A stretch of DNA of 64,000 nucleotides from an uncultured archaeon (GTDB taxonomy: Archaea; Thermoproteota; Nitrososphaeria_A; Caldarchaeales; Calditenuaceae). Below, piece by piece: positions 55,975 through 64,000 of the stretch; within the stretch, counting starts at the first letter, position 1, and the number at the start of each line of letters is the position of its first letter. The notes under the pieces were generated by a model. The model did no database searches. It was given only the letters and a program-made list of their open reading frames with translations, and was not told the DNA's origin. Where the stretch lies: assembly GCA_937921685.1 (NCBI GenBank), contig CAKZUF010000003.1, positions 2,215 through 66,214 of the forward strand, in the 5' to 3' direction. The position numbers and the translations under genes were made by a program.

Positions 55975-57180
55975 TTATAGCCGGGGCTTCCAGTCCTCTA
56001 TTGACCTGTATTCTTTCAATATTCTGTGGTAGACCCCCAGCGTTAGGTCAGCGATTCTCCCCCACGTGTAGGTGTTTTTTACCCGTTCATAGGCGTTATT
56101 CTTAACGTGCTCCGCTAGGCCCGGATTAGAGAGTACTTGGACTACTCCCCAAGCAATAGAATCTGGGCTAGGATACACGCTTACACAGCTCTCCATGTGG
56201 CTCACTATCTCGCCTATCCCGCCCACGCATGTTGAGACTATTGGAAGTCGCGAGGCGGCAGCTTCTAGGGCGACGATGCCGAATGGCTCGTAGAGAGATG
56301 GCATAACTAAGACGTCCGCAACTGTGTATAGGTTTCTGAGAGTCTCGACGTCCAAGAAGCCGGTGACGTATACTTTATGGGATACGCCGAGCTCCACCAC
56401 TCGTCTATTAACCCATTCTTTGAGATATCCCTCGCCGACTATGACGAATTTTGCGTCTATACTCTGGAGAATGCGGGGTATTGCCTCGACGAGCAGGTGT
56501 ACTCCCTTCTCGTGAACTAGCCTGCCCACGAAGAGGACCAGTTTCTCGTACGGCAGCGCGAACCTCGACCGCAGTTCTGCTCGGTTGCTTCTCGGCTGGA
56601 AGTTCTCAATATAGACGCCATTCGGTATAACGTCAATCTTGTCGAGGGGGGTGCCCAAAACCCTATTGACTTCTTCTGCCATGTATCTGCTGCAACATAT
56701 CACCCTCCAAGCCTCCCTCGAGAGCCAAGCCTCCGTCGAGGCAATCATTCTCTGATAGTCGTCGTGTATCCCTCCCCGTCTACCATACTCCGTTGAGTGG
56801 ATGGTCGCTACAAGCGGCACCCTGAAGAGGTGTTTGAGAGCTATTCCAGCGTATGCTACAAGCCAGTCGTGTGCATGGACTATAGAGGGTTTCTGCAGCA
56901 CGTCTTTCAGTAGGCCACAGGCGTAGTCCAGAAGGTTCACGTTCATCATGGCGATCCATGAGGCGAAGTCTGGTGCCGGATACTTGTAAGAGTCTACGCG
57001 GTAGACATTTACACCATCCACTTTCTCCCTCTCTGCCGCACCTGGAAAGTCTAGGGTCAGGACATGAACTTCGACCCCTCCCCTACTTAGCTCGACTGAC
57101 AGGTCATGGACGTGTGCGGCCAGCCCCCCAACTATCCTAGGAGGGAACTCCCAGCTAAGCATTACAACGCTCAGGCTCAT
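55975..57180 (-). CDS. Glycosyltransferase family 4 (GT-B fold), full length
   Basis: 401 aa. N-terminal SWEFPPRIVGGLAAHV. C-terminal GT4 donor-binding region with the E-x7-E-type motif (YEPFGIVALEAAASRLPIV). Confidence 0.7.
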   Translation of the reverse strand: MSLSVVMLSWEFPPRIVGGLAAHVHDLSVELSRGGVEVHVLTLDFPGAAEREKVDGVNVYRVDSYKYPAPDFASWIAMMNVNLLDYACGLLKDVLQKPSIVHAHDWLVAYAGIALKHLFRVPLVATIHSTEYGRRGGIHDDYQRMIASTEAWLSREAWRVICCSRYMAEEVNRVLGTPLDKIDVIPNGVYIENFQPRSNRAELRSRFALPYEKLVLFVGRLVHEKGVHLLVEAIPRILQSIDAKFVIVGEGYLKEWVNRRVVELGVSHKVYVTGFLDVETLRNLYTVADVLVMPSLYEPFGIVALEAAASRLPIVSTCVGGIGEIVSHMESCVSVYPSPDSIAWGVVQVLSNPGLAEHVKNNAYERVKNTYTWGRIADLTLGVYHRILKEYRSIEDWKPRL

Positions 57181-57792
57181 TTAGCGGCTCACCAGGGCGG
57201 TGTAGAGCTGTAAGACTCTGTCCTCCCAGTCTGCGGCTGAGGGATTAGATACTGCGACCATCTCCCTGTCTAGGGACAGAGTGTTCATGACCTCTCTATG
57301 CATCCACTCATCCCTGACCAGTAGAAAGTCGCACTCGCGGACCATGTGCCACTCTATTGTTCTTATGCAGGAGCTGAGCGGCGAGCTGGGGTTTAGGGAC
57401 CTGTGCTGCTCAAGGCTGTAGAGAGAGGCTACCCACGGGACGTTAAGGGCTTTTTTCAGAGCTGAGGAGGCTGGGGCGAAGTGCCAGTCGTGAGTGTGGA
57501 GTACTATTCTGTCCGATTCCGAGTGATAGATGTCGGCAACCACTCTAGCAGCCTCGACATTTACGCTTACTATCCAAGTTATAATTGTGGAGTGGGGTGA
57601 GACAGGGCTGGTTATCCTCGTTATCCTAAAGTTGGGTGCGGATTCCTCGACATAATATCCGGCGTCACTGATTGTCACTAAATCGATTTTTAACCCCTTC
57701 TTTCTGAGCCTCTCTATCTGGGACTGGACCAGCCACGCCAGCTCACCCACGATGCGCGGCGGATATTCCCAAGATAGAAAGACAACCCTCAT
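57181..57792 (-). CDS. GT4 N-terminal-domain-only paralog (half glycosyltransferase)
   Basis: 203 aa. Starts SWEYPPRIVGELAWLV, homologous to the N-terminal domains of the two neighbouring GT4s. It lacks the C-terminal catalytic half and directly abuts the downstream GT4 start. Confidence 0.5.
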   Translation of the reverse strand: MRVVFLSWEYPPRIVGELAWLVQSQIERLRKKGLKIDLVTISDAGYYVEESAPNFRITRITSPVSPHSTIITWIVSVNVEAARVVADIYHSESDRIVLHTHDWHFAPASSALKKALNVPWVASLYSLEQHRSLNPSSPLSSCIRTIEWHMVRECDFLLVRDEWMHREVMNTLSLDREMVAVSNPSAADWEDRVLQLYTALVSR

Positions 57793-57801
57793 TCTGCTAC
57801 C

Positions 57802-58053
57802 CTATGTGTATATTGAGCAGACCCTTATCACTCCTTTTCCAGTGAGATAAAAGCTGACCACGCCCTCTCGCTGCCTAATGCTCGCGACGTATCCGTCGGA
57901 TTCAAGCTTCCTCAGAATCTCCACTACCTGCTCCGTATCTAGGGCTAGCGCCGAGGCGAGCTCTCCAACCTCCACCGCCCTATCCTCATTAACGTAGCCC
58001 ATGTTGTGTAGGAATGTTAGGAGGAGGGTTGACTCATTCTTCTCTGTGGCCAT
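57802..58053 (-). CDS. Small winged-helix (wHTH) DNA-binding protein
   Basis: 83 aa. VEVGELASALALDTEQVVEILRKLESDGYV is an HTH plus wing. Confidence 0.5.
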   Translation of the reverse strand: MATEKNESTLLLTFLHNMGYVNEDRAVEVGELASALALDTEQVVEILRKLESDGYVASIRQREGVVSFYLTGKGVIRVCSIYT

Positions 58054-58075
58054 TCAGCCCTCCCACCGTATCTCA

Positions 58076-58108
58076 TGATAATACTTAAGCGTATGTGCAG
58101 TATTATCA
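58076..58108. promoter_or_regulatory. Perfect 10-bp inverted repeat TGATAATACT-N13-AGTATTATCA in the divergent wHTH/GT4 intergenic region (candidate operator)
   Basis: Verified base by base. It lies 23 bp upstream of the wHTH gene start and 64 bp upstream of the GT4 start. Confidence 0.4.
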
Positions 58109-58171
58109 GGGCGCCATACACGTCCATGGGTGATATCTACTTTAAAAAGCAGAAACTTAATAAGCGCTTGG

Positions 58172-59419
58172 ATGAGGGTTGCGTTCATTACCTGGGAGTA
58201 TCCCCCCGTCATTGTAGGGGGTCTAGGCACATACTCCTACTACATGACTATATGGATGTCTAGGCTGGGGCACGAGGTTGAGGTTTACGCCCCGCTCCCC
58301 CCCGGCTCTCACCCCCCCGTAATAGAGGTGGAGAAGGTAGAGGTGAACTGGGTTGAGCTTCCCGACCTCTCGGCAGGTTTGAGGCACTTAGTGAATGACG
58401 AGGTGAGGGGGTGGGGTGAGGGGCTCAGGTTCATCAGCAATGTTGTAACGTTTAACGCTGCGGTTTCTTCGAGGATGGTTTCAAAGGTTTTGGGCGGTAG
58501 GTTCGATATTGTGGCGTTTAATGACTGGCTTTGCGCCATTTCAGGCATCTCTTTATCCAGCCTAGGCAGGGTTCCGACGGTCTACCATGTTCACTCCACA
58601 GAGTGGGGGAGGTCCATGGGCAGGGGGTCTAGGACGGTCTCCGAGATTGAGAGGCTCGGTGCCGAGTACGCATCAATAATAATAACGGTTAGCAACGCGA
58701 TGAGGGATGACCTGCAAATGCATAGCTGGCCCGCGGATAAGATACGCGTCGTGTGGAATGGCGTCGACCCTGATATATATGACCCCTCATCCATAAACCA
58801 ACAAGATAGGGAGAGCCTCAGGGAGCGGTATGGAATAGGCCCTGACGAAAACATGATACTGTTTGTCGGACGCCTGGTCCATGTCAAGGGTGTTGAGGAG
58901 CTTGTCCAGGCCATGCCACATATTTTGAGTGAGTTTCCTAAGACGAAGCTCGTCATCCTAGGTAAGGGAGAGATGGAAGGTGGTCTCCAGAATCTCATCA
59001 GAGACCTCGGGTTGAAGGACAGGGTTATTCTAAGGACCGAGTTTGTATCGGAGCGTGAGAGGATTCTACATTACGCCGCCGCGGACGTCTGCGTATTCCC
59101 ATCCATCTACGAGCCTTTCGGAATAGTTAGTCTCGAGGCCATGGCCATGGAGAGACCTGTGGTGGTTGGTGCAAGAGGTGTTGTGGGGTTCAGGGAGCAG
59201 GTCATTCCGTCGGGGGAGAATCAGTGCGGGATGCATGTGGACGGTTCAAACCCGCTCGACATTGCCTGGGGGGTGAAGGAGGTTTTGAGAGACCCGGACC
59301 GCGCAAGGCGGATGGGGCGTAACGGGAGGAAGAGGGTGCTTGAAGAGTTTACGTGGCGGCGGGCGGCTGAAAAGACTTTAGAAATTTACAGCCAGCTGTC
59401 ACAGGTTCAGAGAACCTAG
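58172..59419 (+). CDS. Glycosyltransferase family 4 (GT-B fold), full length
   Basis: N-terminal ITWEYPPVIVGGLGTY. C-terminal YEPFGIVSLEAMAMERPVV. Start at the internal Met of the 58130 ORF. Confidence 0.7.
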   Translation: MRVAFITWEYPPVIVGGLGTYSYYMTIWMSRLGHEVEVYAPLPPGSHPPVIEVEKVEVNWVELPDLSAGLRHLVNDEVRGWGEGLRFISNVVTFNAAVSSRMVSKVLGGRFDIVAFNDWLCAISGISLSSLGRVPTVYHVHSTEWGRSMGRGSRTVSEIERLGAEYASIIITVSNAMRDDLQMHSWPADKIRVVWNGVDPDIYDPSSINQQDRESLRERYGIGPDENMILFVGRLVHVKGVEELVQAMPHILSEFPKTKLVILGKGEMEGGLQNLIRDLGLKDRVILRTEFVSERERILHYAAADVCVFPSIYEPFGIVSLEAMAMERPVVVGARGVVGFREQVIPSGENQCGMHVDGSNPLDIAWGVKEVLRDPDRARRMGRNGRKRVLEEFTWRRAAEKTLEIYSQLSQVQRT

Positions 59420-60351
59420 CTCGACGTCAATACCTCGCATCCATCCTCATAGATTATGACGGTGTGCTCGGCCTGTGAGACTGGAGCCCCGCTCTTCTCA
59501 ACGAGGACGGGATAGCCGAAAACCAGTCCACGCTTATAGAGGCGCGGGTGAAGCGAGGCCGCCCGCTCGCTAAGCCACCTAGTAGTATATGGGAGCCCGC
59601 GCGAGACTGTATTAATTTCTCTCAGAGCCTCCTGCTCCTCTTGGCTGAGGCCTTTAACTCTAATGGAGGCTTCTCTGAGAGAGAAAATATTCACTGTTTT
59701 AGTGTTTATGACTAGGCCAGGCGCCTCTTGCAATGTTATGAAGGGCTCGATAGCGTATATATGTCCGGCCTCAAGCCTTTGTGACTCGCCGGCCGGGATA
59801 TTTGGTATTGAGACTCCCGCATGCAGGTTGAATCTTTTAATCTCGTGGCCCGAGAGGTTGGCGATGGGTCTACACCGATACCTCGTGGCCGTCTCGTAGA
59901 CTATGCTCCCAATCTCCCCCACCCTGACACCATGCCTCAAAACGCTGAGAGCATTCCTCAGGGCCTCCCGCGCAACATCTACCAGATAGCCGTGCGGGCT
60001 CCTAAGGTCTACTGATACTGCTGTATCAACAATGTATCCGTCAAGCTCCACCCCTATGTCCAGCTTCACCAGCGAGCCCGTCGGAATTACCGTGTCGTCT
60101 CCAATGGTTGGCGTGTAGTGCGCAGCGACGGAATCTATTCCGATGTTACAGGGGAAGGCGGGCCTGGCTCCAAGCTCTCTTATCCTATCCTCGACCCACT
60201 CGCATATCTGCAGAGACCGTATTCCCGGCCTAACTCTTAGGACTGCCTCTCTCAGGACGGAGGTGGCAATGGACCCCGCCTGCCTCAGCCGGTCTAATCC
60301 CTCGGAGCCTGGCTCCGAGACCACTCCCTCCGAGCCACCCATCTTGCTCAC
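59416..60351 (-). CDS. map: Methionine aminopeptidase type 2 (archaeal MetAP2)
   Basis: 311 aa. Pita-bread fold with metal ligand regions (DIGVELDGYIVDTA; HYTP; GHEIKRFNLHAG). Confidence 0.8.
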   Translation of the reverse strand: MSKMGGSEGVVSEPGSEGLDRLRQAGSIATSVLREAVLRVRPGIRSLQICEWVEDRIRELGARPAFPCNIGIDSVAAHYTPTIGDDTVIPTGSLVKLDIGVELDGYIVDTAVSVDLRSPHGYLVDVAREALRNALSVLRHGVRVGEIGSIVYETATRYRCRPIANLSGHEIKRFNLHAGVSIPNIPAGESQRLEAGHIYAIEPFITLQEAPGLVINTKTVNIFSLREASIRVKGLSQEEQEALREINTVSRGLPYTTRWLSERAASLHPRLYKRGLVFGYPVLVEKSGAPVSQAEHTVIIYEDGCEVLTSS

Positions 60352-62057
60352 ACCCCCACGTTATATTTTCCCCTGCCCAAGGCCACGTCCGAGATTAACA
60401 CGACAAGCCAGTATGTTGCTGCTAGCGTGACTACGGTCAGGGCTAGGGAGTTGCTTCCACCCATTATGATTGCTGGGATGCTATACTCGCCTGACTCCAG
60501 CTCTACCGAGTAGGGCTTCCCGGTGACGGGGTTTATCAGGGACTCGACCGGTGAGTAGTCGTCTGTTAAGACCTTGTATTCATTTAGGTCTGGCAGCCTA
60601 GTCCACAGCCCTTTAGTCACTAGGGACTCGAGCTCCTTGTTCTCCCACTTAGAGAGCGAGTCCAAGAGGTTGCAGTCCCCGTCCACGCAGGCGATCAGTA
60701 TTATGTTCTGGACGAGGGGGGCTCCCCGGTCGGAAGCCTTCACCACGTAAATCCTGGGAAAGACTAGGCTCATGGTCCTATATGTGGACCAGAGTATCTC
60801 GGAGGTGTCTCCGGCTACCGAGGCGATTACGTTGCTAACCACCACGCCTCCACTCTCCAGCCTATCCCTCACCAGCCTGAAGAACTCGAGGGTCAATAGG
60901 TGATATGGAATGTAGGTCTTCGCGTATGCGTCTATGATGATGGCGTCAAACTTTTTATCAATCCTCTGCAGAAAAACCCTGCCATCGTCTATATGGATGA
61001 TAAGCCTTTCATTGTTAGGAACTGAGAAGTATTTCTTCGCGACTTCAACAACCACCGGGTCTATCTCCACCACTTCAATGGTAATGTTGGGGTGTCTGGT
61101 GAGGAAGTATTTTGGGCCCGAGAATCCTCCACCACCTATGAAGAGCACTTCATCAGCGCCTCTGTTTAGTGCAAGGGCCGCCTCGAAGAACTTGGTGTAG
61201 GTGAAGACAAGCTCATTTGGTTTTTTGAGACTCATGCCGCTGTGTGGGAGCCCATTTAGATATAAGACTTGGAGGTCATCACTCCTGGCCACCACGAGGC
61301 TGTTATATGGGGTTTCCCTCGACTCGACCACTTGGCCTGAGGCGACCGCCACCTGCCCGCCCACAAGCCCTAGCGGAGAGATAAGGAGTAGAAGGATAGC
61401 AGCGAAGGTAGCCTTCGAAGAGGCGCCGAGCCTCACTGTCGAGACCGCCATCAACGTTAAACCAACCCCCAGAAAGATCGTACGGACGTCTAAGGCTGGA
61501 ATCAGGATGAAAACTGTCCCAAATGTTCCGAATATGCTTCCCAGAGTCGAGACGGCGTATAGGTATCCCGCGCTGCTCCCAAGCTCCCTCAACTCTCTCG
61601 TAGCTAACTTGACGGCGAATGGCGATACCATCCCCAATAGCAAGTTGGACGGGGCTAGAAGTGCTAGGCTCGCGAGCAGCGCCCCCCAACGCTCCTCCAG
61701 CCCAACTGACAGCACCGCCTCGATGCTCATAGGCGAGAGGAATGGGATCAAGATTGCGAGGACTCCGCCGGTGAAAACTATCGTGTCTAGGAGACGAGGG
61801 TCGGGCCGAAGGTCGGAGATCCTCCCACCCAGATAATAGCCAGCAGCGAGAGATGATAGCACCACGCCGATGATTCCACCCCACACGAATACCGAGCTTC
61901 CGAAAACAGGCGTGAGAAGTCTGCTGCCAGCCAGCTCTATGACCATCACTGCGGCCCCAGCCAGGAAGACTAGAGCTAACAGCCTCAATCTTCCTAGACG
62001 CATCCACCCAAACCTCCGCATATCTCTCGATGAAATATCCATCCCCAAAACCCTCAA
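60348..62057 (-). CDS. Membrane-fused spermidine/polyamine aminopropyltransferase-like protein
   Basis: 569 aa. About 7 N-terminal TM helices, then a spermidine-synthase fold (VLFIGGGGFSGPKYF...VVEIDPVVVEVAKKYF...IIIDAY). Confidence 0.6.
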   Translation of the reverse strand: MRVLGMDISSRDMRRFGWMRLGRLRLLALVFLAGAAVMVIELAGSRLLTPVFGSSVFVWGGIIGVVLSSLAAGYYLGGRISDLRPDPRLLDTIVFTGGVLAILIPFLSPMSIEAVLSVGLEERWGALLASLALLAPSNLLLGMVSPFAVKLATRELRELGSSAGYLYAVSTLGSIFGTFGTVFILIPALDVRTIFLGVGLTLMAVSTVRLGASSKATFAAILLLLISPLGLVGGQVAVASGQVVESRETPYNSLVVARSDDLQVLYLNGLPHSGMSLKKPNELVFTYTKFFEAALALNRGADEVLFIGGGGFSGPKYFLTRHPNITIEVVEIDPVVVEVAKKYFSVPNNERLIIHIDDGRVFLQRIDKKFDAIIIDAYAKTYIPYHLLTLEFFRLVRDRLESGGVVVSNVIASVAGDTSEILWSTYRTMSLVFPRIYVVKASDRGAPLVQNIILIACVDGDCNLLDSLSKWENKELESLVTKGLWTRLPDLNEYKVLTDDYSPVESLINPVTGKPYSVELESGEYSIPAIIMGGSNSLALTVVTLAATYWLVVLISDVALGRGKYNVGV

Positions 62058-62096
62058 GGCGAGATTGGTTTATATATTGTGTGAGCGGTTCTATCC

Positions 62097-63068
62097 GTGG
62101 ACTTGATATCTCTAACCCTAAGCCAGAGGGAGGCCCCTGGGCTACGGATAGATGTTTACGAGGGGATCTCTGTCAAGCGCGGCTCCACCCTAGTGAAGAG
62201 AGGATTCGCCCACATGCTTAAACACGGCGTCGTAATGGATGTCACAAACGTTGAGCAGGCCCAGATAGCGGAGGATGCCGGAGCAGTCGGCGTTATGGTG
62301 CTGGACAAGCTGCCATATGATGTCAGGAAGGCAGGGGGAGTCGCGAGGACTGCAAGCCTCAGAGTGATCGAGGAGGTGTTAGACCACGTCACTATCCCGG
62401 TCATGGCTAAGTGCAGGATCGGACACACCTGGGAGGCCAGAGTCCTCGAGGAGGTGGGAGTAGACATGATCGACGAGTCCGAGGTCTTGACACCGGCCGA
62501 TGAGGAGAGACACATATGGAAGTGGGACTTTACAACACCATTCGTCTGCGGTGCCCGTGACCTAGGGGAGGCCCTGCGCAGGATAGAGGAGGGTGCGTCG
62601 ATGATTAGGACGAAGGGTGAGCCTGGCACTGGAAACGTGGCTGAGGCCGTGAAGCACGTCAGGATTCTGAACAACGAGCTGAGAAGGATAGCTATCCTGT
62701 ATGAGGAAGGTGATGAGCAGGAGCTTATAAGGTCTGCCCGCGAGCTCCGAGTCTCATACGAGCTGGTCCTCGAAACTGCACGACTTAAGAGGCTACCAGT
62801 CGTAAACTTCGCCGCAGGAGGAATAGCCACACCAGCAGACGCCGCCCTAATGATGAGTCTGGGGTGTGACGGCGTGTTTGTCGGATCAGGCATATTCAAG
62901 TCGTCAGACCCGAGGGCGAGGGCTGAAGCCATAGTCCTTGCAACCACTTACTGGGATAGGCCAGATATAGTTGCTGAGGCCCAGAGGATGGTTGATGAGA
63001 CAAAGGCGATGGCTGGGCTTGACCTGAAGACACTTGAGCTGCGGATGCAGGAGAGGGGTACAGGTTAG
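62097..63068 (+). CDS. pdxS: Pyridoxal 5'-phosphate synthase lyase subunit PdxS (Pdx1)
   Basis: Strong family signature along the full length ([16 protein letters not shown]...[10 protein letters not shown]...TKGEPGTGN...[18 protein letters not shown]...GSGIFKS). The true start may be at downstream GTG 62193. Confidence 0.85.
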   Translation: MDLISLTLSQREAPGLRIDVYEGISVKRGSTLVKRGFAHMLKHGVVMDVTNVEQAQIAEDAGAVGVMVLDKLPYDVRKAGGVARTASLRVIEEVLDHVTIPVMAKCRIGHTWEARVLEEVGVDMIDESEVLTPADEERHIWKWDFTTPFVCGARDLGEALRRIEEGASMIRTKGEPGTGNVAEAVKHVRILNNELRRIAILYEEGDEQELIRSARELRVSYELVLETARLKRLPVVNFAAGGIATPADAALMMSLGCDGVFVGSGIFKSSDPRARAEAIVLATTYWDRPDIVAEAQRMVDETKAMAGLDLKTLELRMQERGTG

Positions 63069-63130
63069 TGTTAAACCGATCTGGGAGAATTTGGAAATTA
63101 CTTATTAATTGGTAGTTAGTTCTATCTGTC

Positions 63131-63874
63131 GTGCAAGTGTATAGAGTGTTAGTTGTCGCAGTCGTCGTGGTTGCTGTAGCCATCTCAAGCTTCGTTGCCG
63201 GCATGAGTTACGGCACATACACTACAGCCCTCGAGTCAGAGAGACTGCTGGCAGGTGAGAGGGAGAGGGTCAGACAGCTGGAGGCCGAGCTGGCCTCAAA
63301 GCAGTCAGAGCTCGACTCCGCTCTTAACAAAGTTGACAGGCTGGAGACCCTTTTAAGCGAGACCAAGAGGCTGCTCTCAGAGAGCGAGGAACGCGTGGCA
63401 ATCCTCCAAACTACTCTCTTAAACGAGCTCGAGAGTTTGAGAAGAAGCAATTCAGACGTGTCCAGAAGGCTAAACGGGCTTGAAGCCCGGATGCAGCGTG
63501 TAGAGACGCAGGTGAAAAAGGTGTCACAGGCAATACCAATCCTAAACCAGCTTAGGGGGGTGGAGGCACTAGGCCCGGATAGGAACGCCACGATGAACTA
63601 CTGGCTCGACATAAAGGGGCTTGTGGCGTCCTTCGAGCCAGCACTAACACCATCAGTGGACAGGGTGATAAACAACGTAGACGGCCTATTCGACTATTAT
63701 GACTGGATAGAGAGATATCCGGGCGAGAACGCGTCAGCGGAGGCCATAGTTCAGTGGCTATTATCTCTGCCGCCCAGCTACCAGCAATACGTAAATGCGG
63801 TAAACCAGTTCATCGACGAGCTGCTTACCAGCCTAGCATCTAAATTATCCGCCCTTCGAGACAGCCTCAGCTGA
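63131..63874 (+). CDS. Hypothetical N-terminally anchored coiled-coil protein
   Basis: N-terminal TM (VLVVAVVVVAVAISSFVAG) followed by a heptad-rich segment (ERVRQLEAELASKQSELDSALNKVDRLETLL...). Confidence 0.35.
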   Translation: MQVYRVLVVAVVVVAVAISSFVAGMSYGTYTTALESERLLAGERERVRQLEAELASKQSELDSALNKVDRLETLLSETKRLLSESEERVAILQTTLLNELESLRRSNSDVSRRLNGLEARMQRVETQVKKVSQAIPILNQLRGVEALGPDRNATMNYWLDIKGLVASFEPALTPSVDRVINNVDGLFDYYDWIERYPGENASAEAIVQWLLSLPPSYQQYVNAVNQFIDELLTSLASKLSALRDSLS

Positions 63875-64000
63875 GCCGGACCTTCTCCCAACAACTGCCA
63901 CAACGATCCCGCCCACCAGCCCGACCACCAGCATCAAATACGCATTATACCTGTGAATCATCTCAACGAGCTCGAACAACTCCAAATCGACCCAAAATAT

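Noticed and set aside
61201-62007. Plus-strand 211-aa ORF and minus-strand 234-aa ORF in an alternative frame within the fused spermidine-synthase gene
   Set aside because: They lie inside a 569-aa ORF that has coherent TM topology and a catalytic-domain signature. Their Arg/Ser/Pro-rich translations are typical frame artefacts.
62156-63591. 263-aa, 102-aa and 127-aa minus-strand ORFs opposite pdxS and the coiled-coil gene
   Set aside because: pdxS on the plus strand matches the family end to end. The antisense frames are Ser/Thr/Ala/Pro-rich with no motifs.
1-64000. CRISPR arrays, cas genes, transposases/integrases, provirus
   Set aside because: No repeat-spacer periodicity, no Cas/transposase/integrase-like ORFs and no obvious compositional island were seen. 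The window looks like core chromosome. tRNA-Ala is not flanked by integrase or direct-repeat signatures.

Overview
High-GC archaeal chromosomal segment, most likely from a hyperthermophilic crenarchaeon. The evidence is a 1183-aa reverse gyrase, A1AO (V-type) ATPase subunits A/E/F, a Sulfolobus-type zinc ferredoxin, a tRNA-Ala with archaeal-style promoter, and frequent GTG/TTG starts preceded by GGAGGTGA-like Shine-Dalgarno elements. The window is dense with housekeeping and metabolic genes. No CRISPR array, transposase or integrase was seen. Main contents in order: (1) Mo/W uptake (WtpB-like permease fragment, WtpA/ModA-like binding protein) divergent from a ModE-like Mop/TOBE regulator. (2) atpA-atpE-atpF and tRNA-Ala(TGC). 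(3) A Mo-hydroxylase (CoxMSL-like) operon whose large subunit is split by an in-frame TGA followed by an SD-TTG restart. (4) A 7-gene CUT1-type sugar ABC importer operon. It contains two MalK-like ATPases that, read from the sequence, form an asymmetric pair: one has a degenerate signature motif, the other a degenerate H-loop. (5) A MacB/FtsX-type ABC module with a 648-aa extracellular beta-sandwich protein. (6) A tight plus-strand cluster of ThiI, a two-domain SagB/nitroreductase-type dehydrogenase, and a TtuA/NcsA-type tRNA 2-thiolation enzyme. (7) Reverse gyrase. (8) Nudix, Dph6-like PP-loop ATPase, LeuB-family dehydrogenase, IlvD/EDD dehydratase, aldehyde dehydrogenase and an FAH-family protein. 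(9) Membrane-anchored BNR/Asp-box and OppA-like proteins with a single DppB permease. (10) hisA-hisF-hisI, Zn-ferredoxin, YjbQ, PEP-mutase/ICL family, MazG, AbrB-like, mevalonate decarboxylase, GGPP synthase, thioredoxin, HflX. (11) Three paralogous GT4 glycosyltransferases, one of them only an N-terminal half, around a small wHTH regulator with a perfect 10-bp inverted-repeat operator. (12) MetAP2, membrane-fused spermidine-synthase-like protein, PdxS. The most novel candidates are the asymmetric heterodimeric NBD pair in an importer operon, the ThiI-SagB-TtuA cluster, and the split Mo-hydroxylase large subunit.
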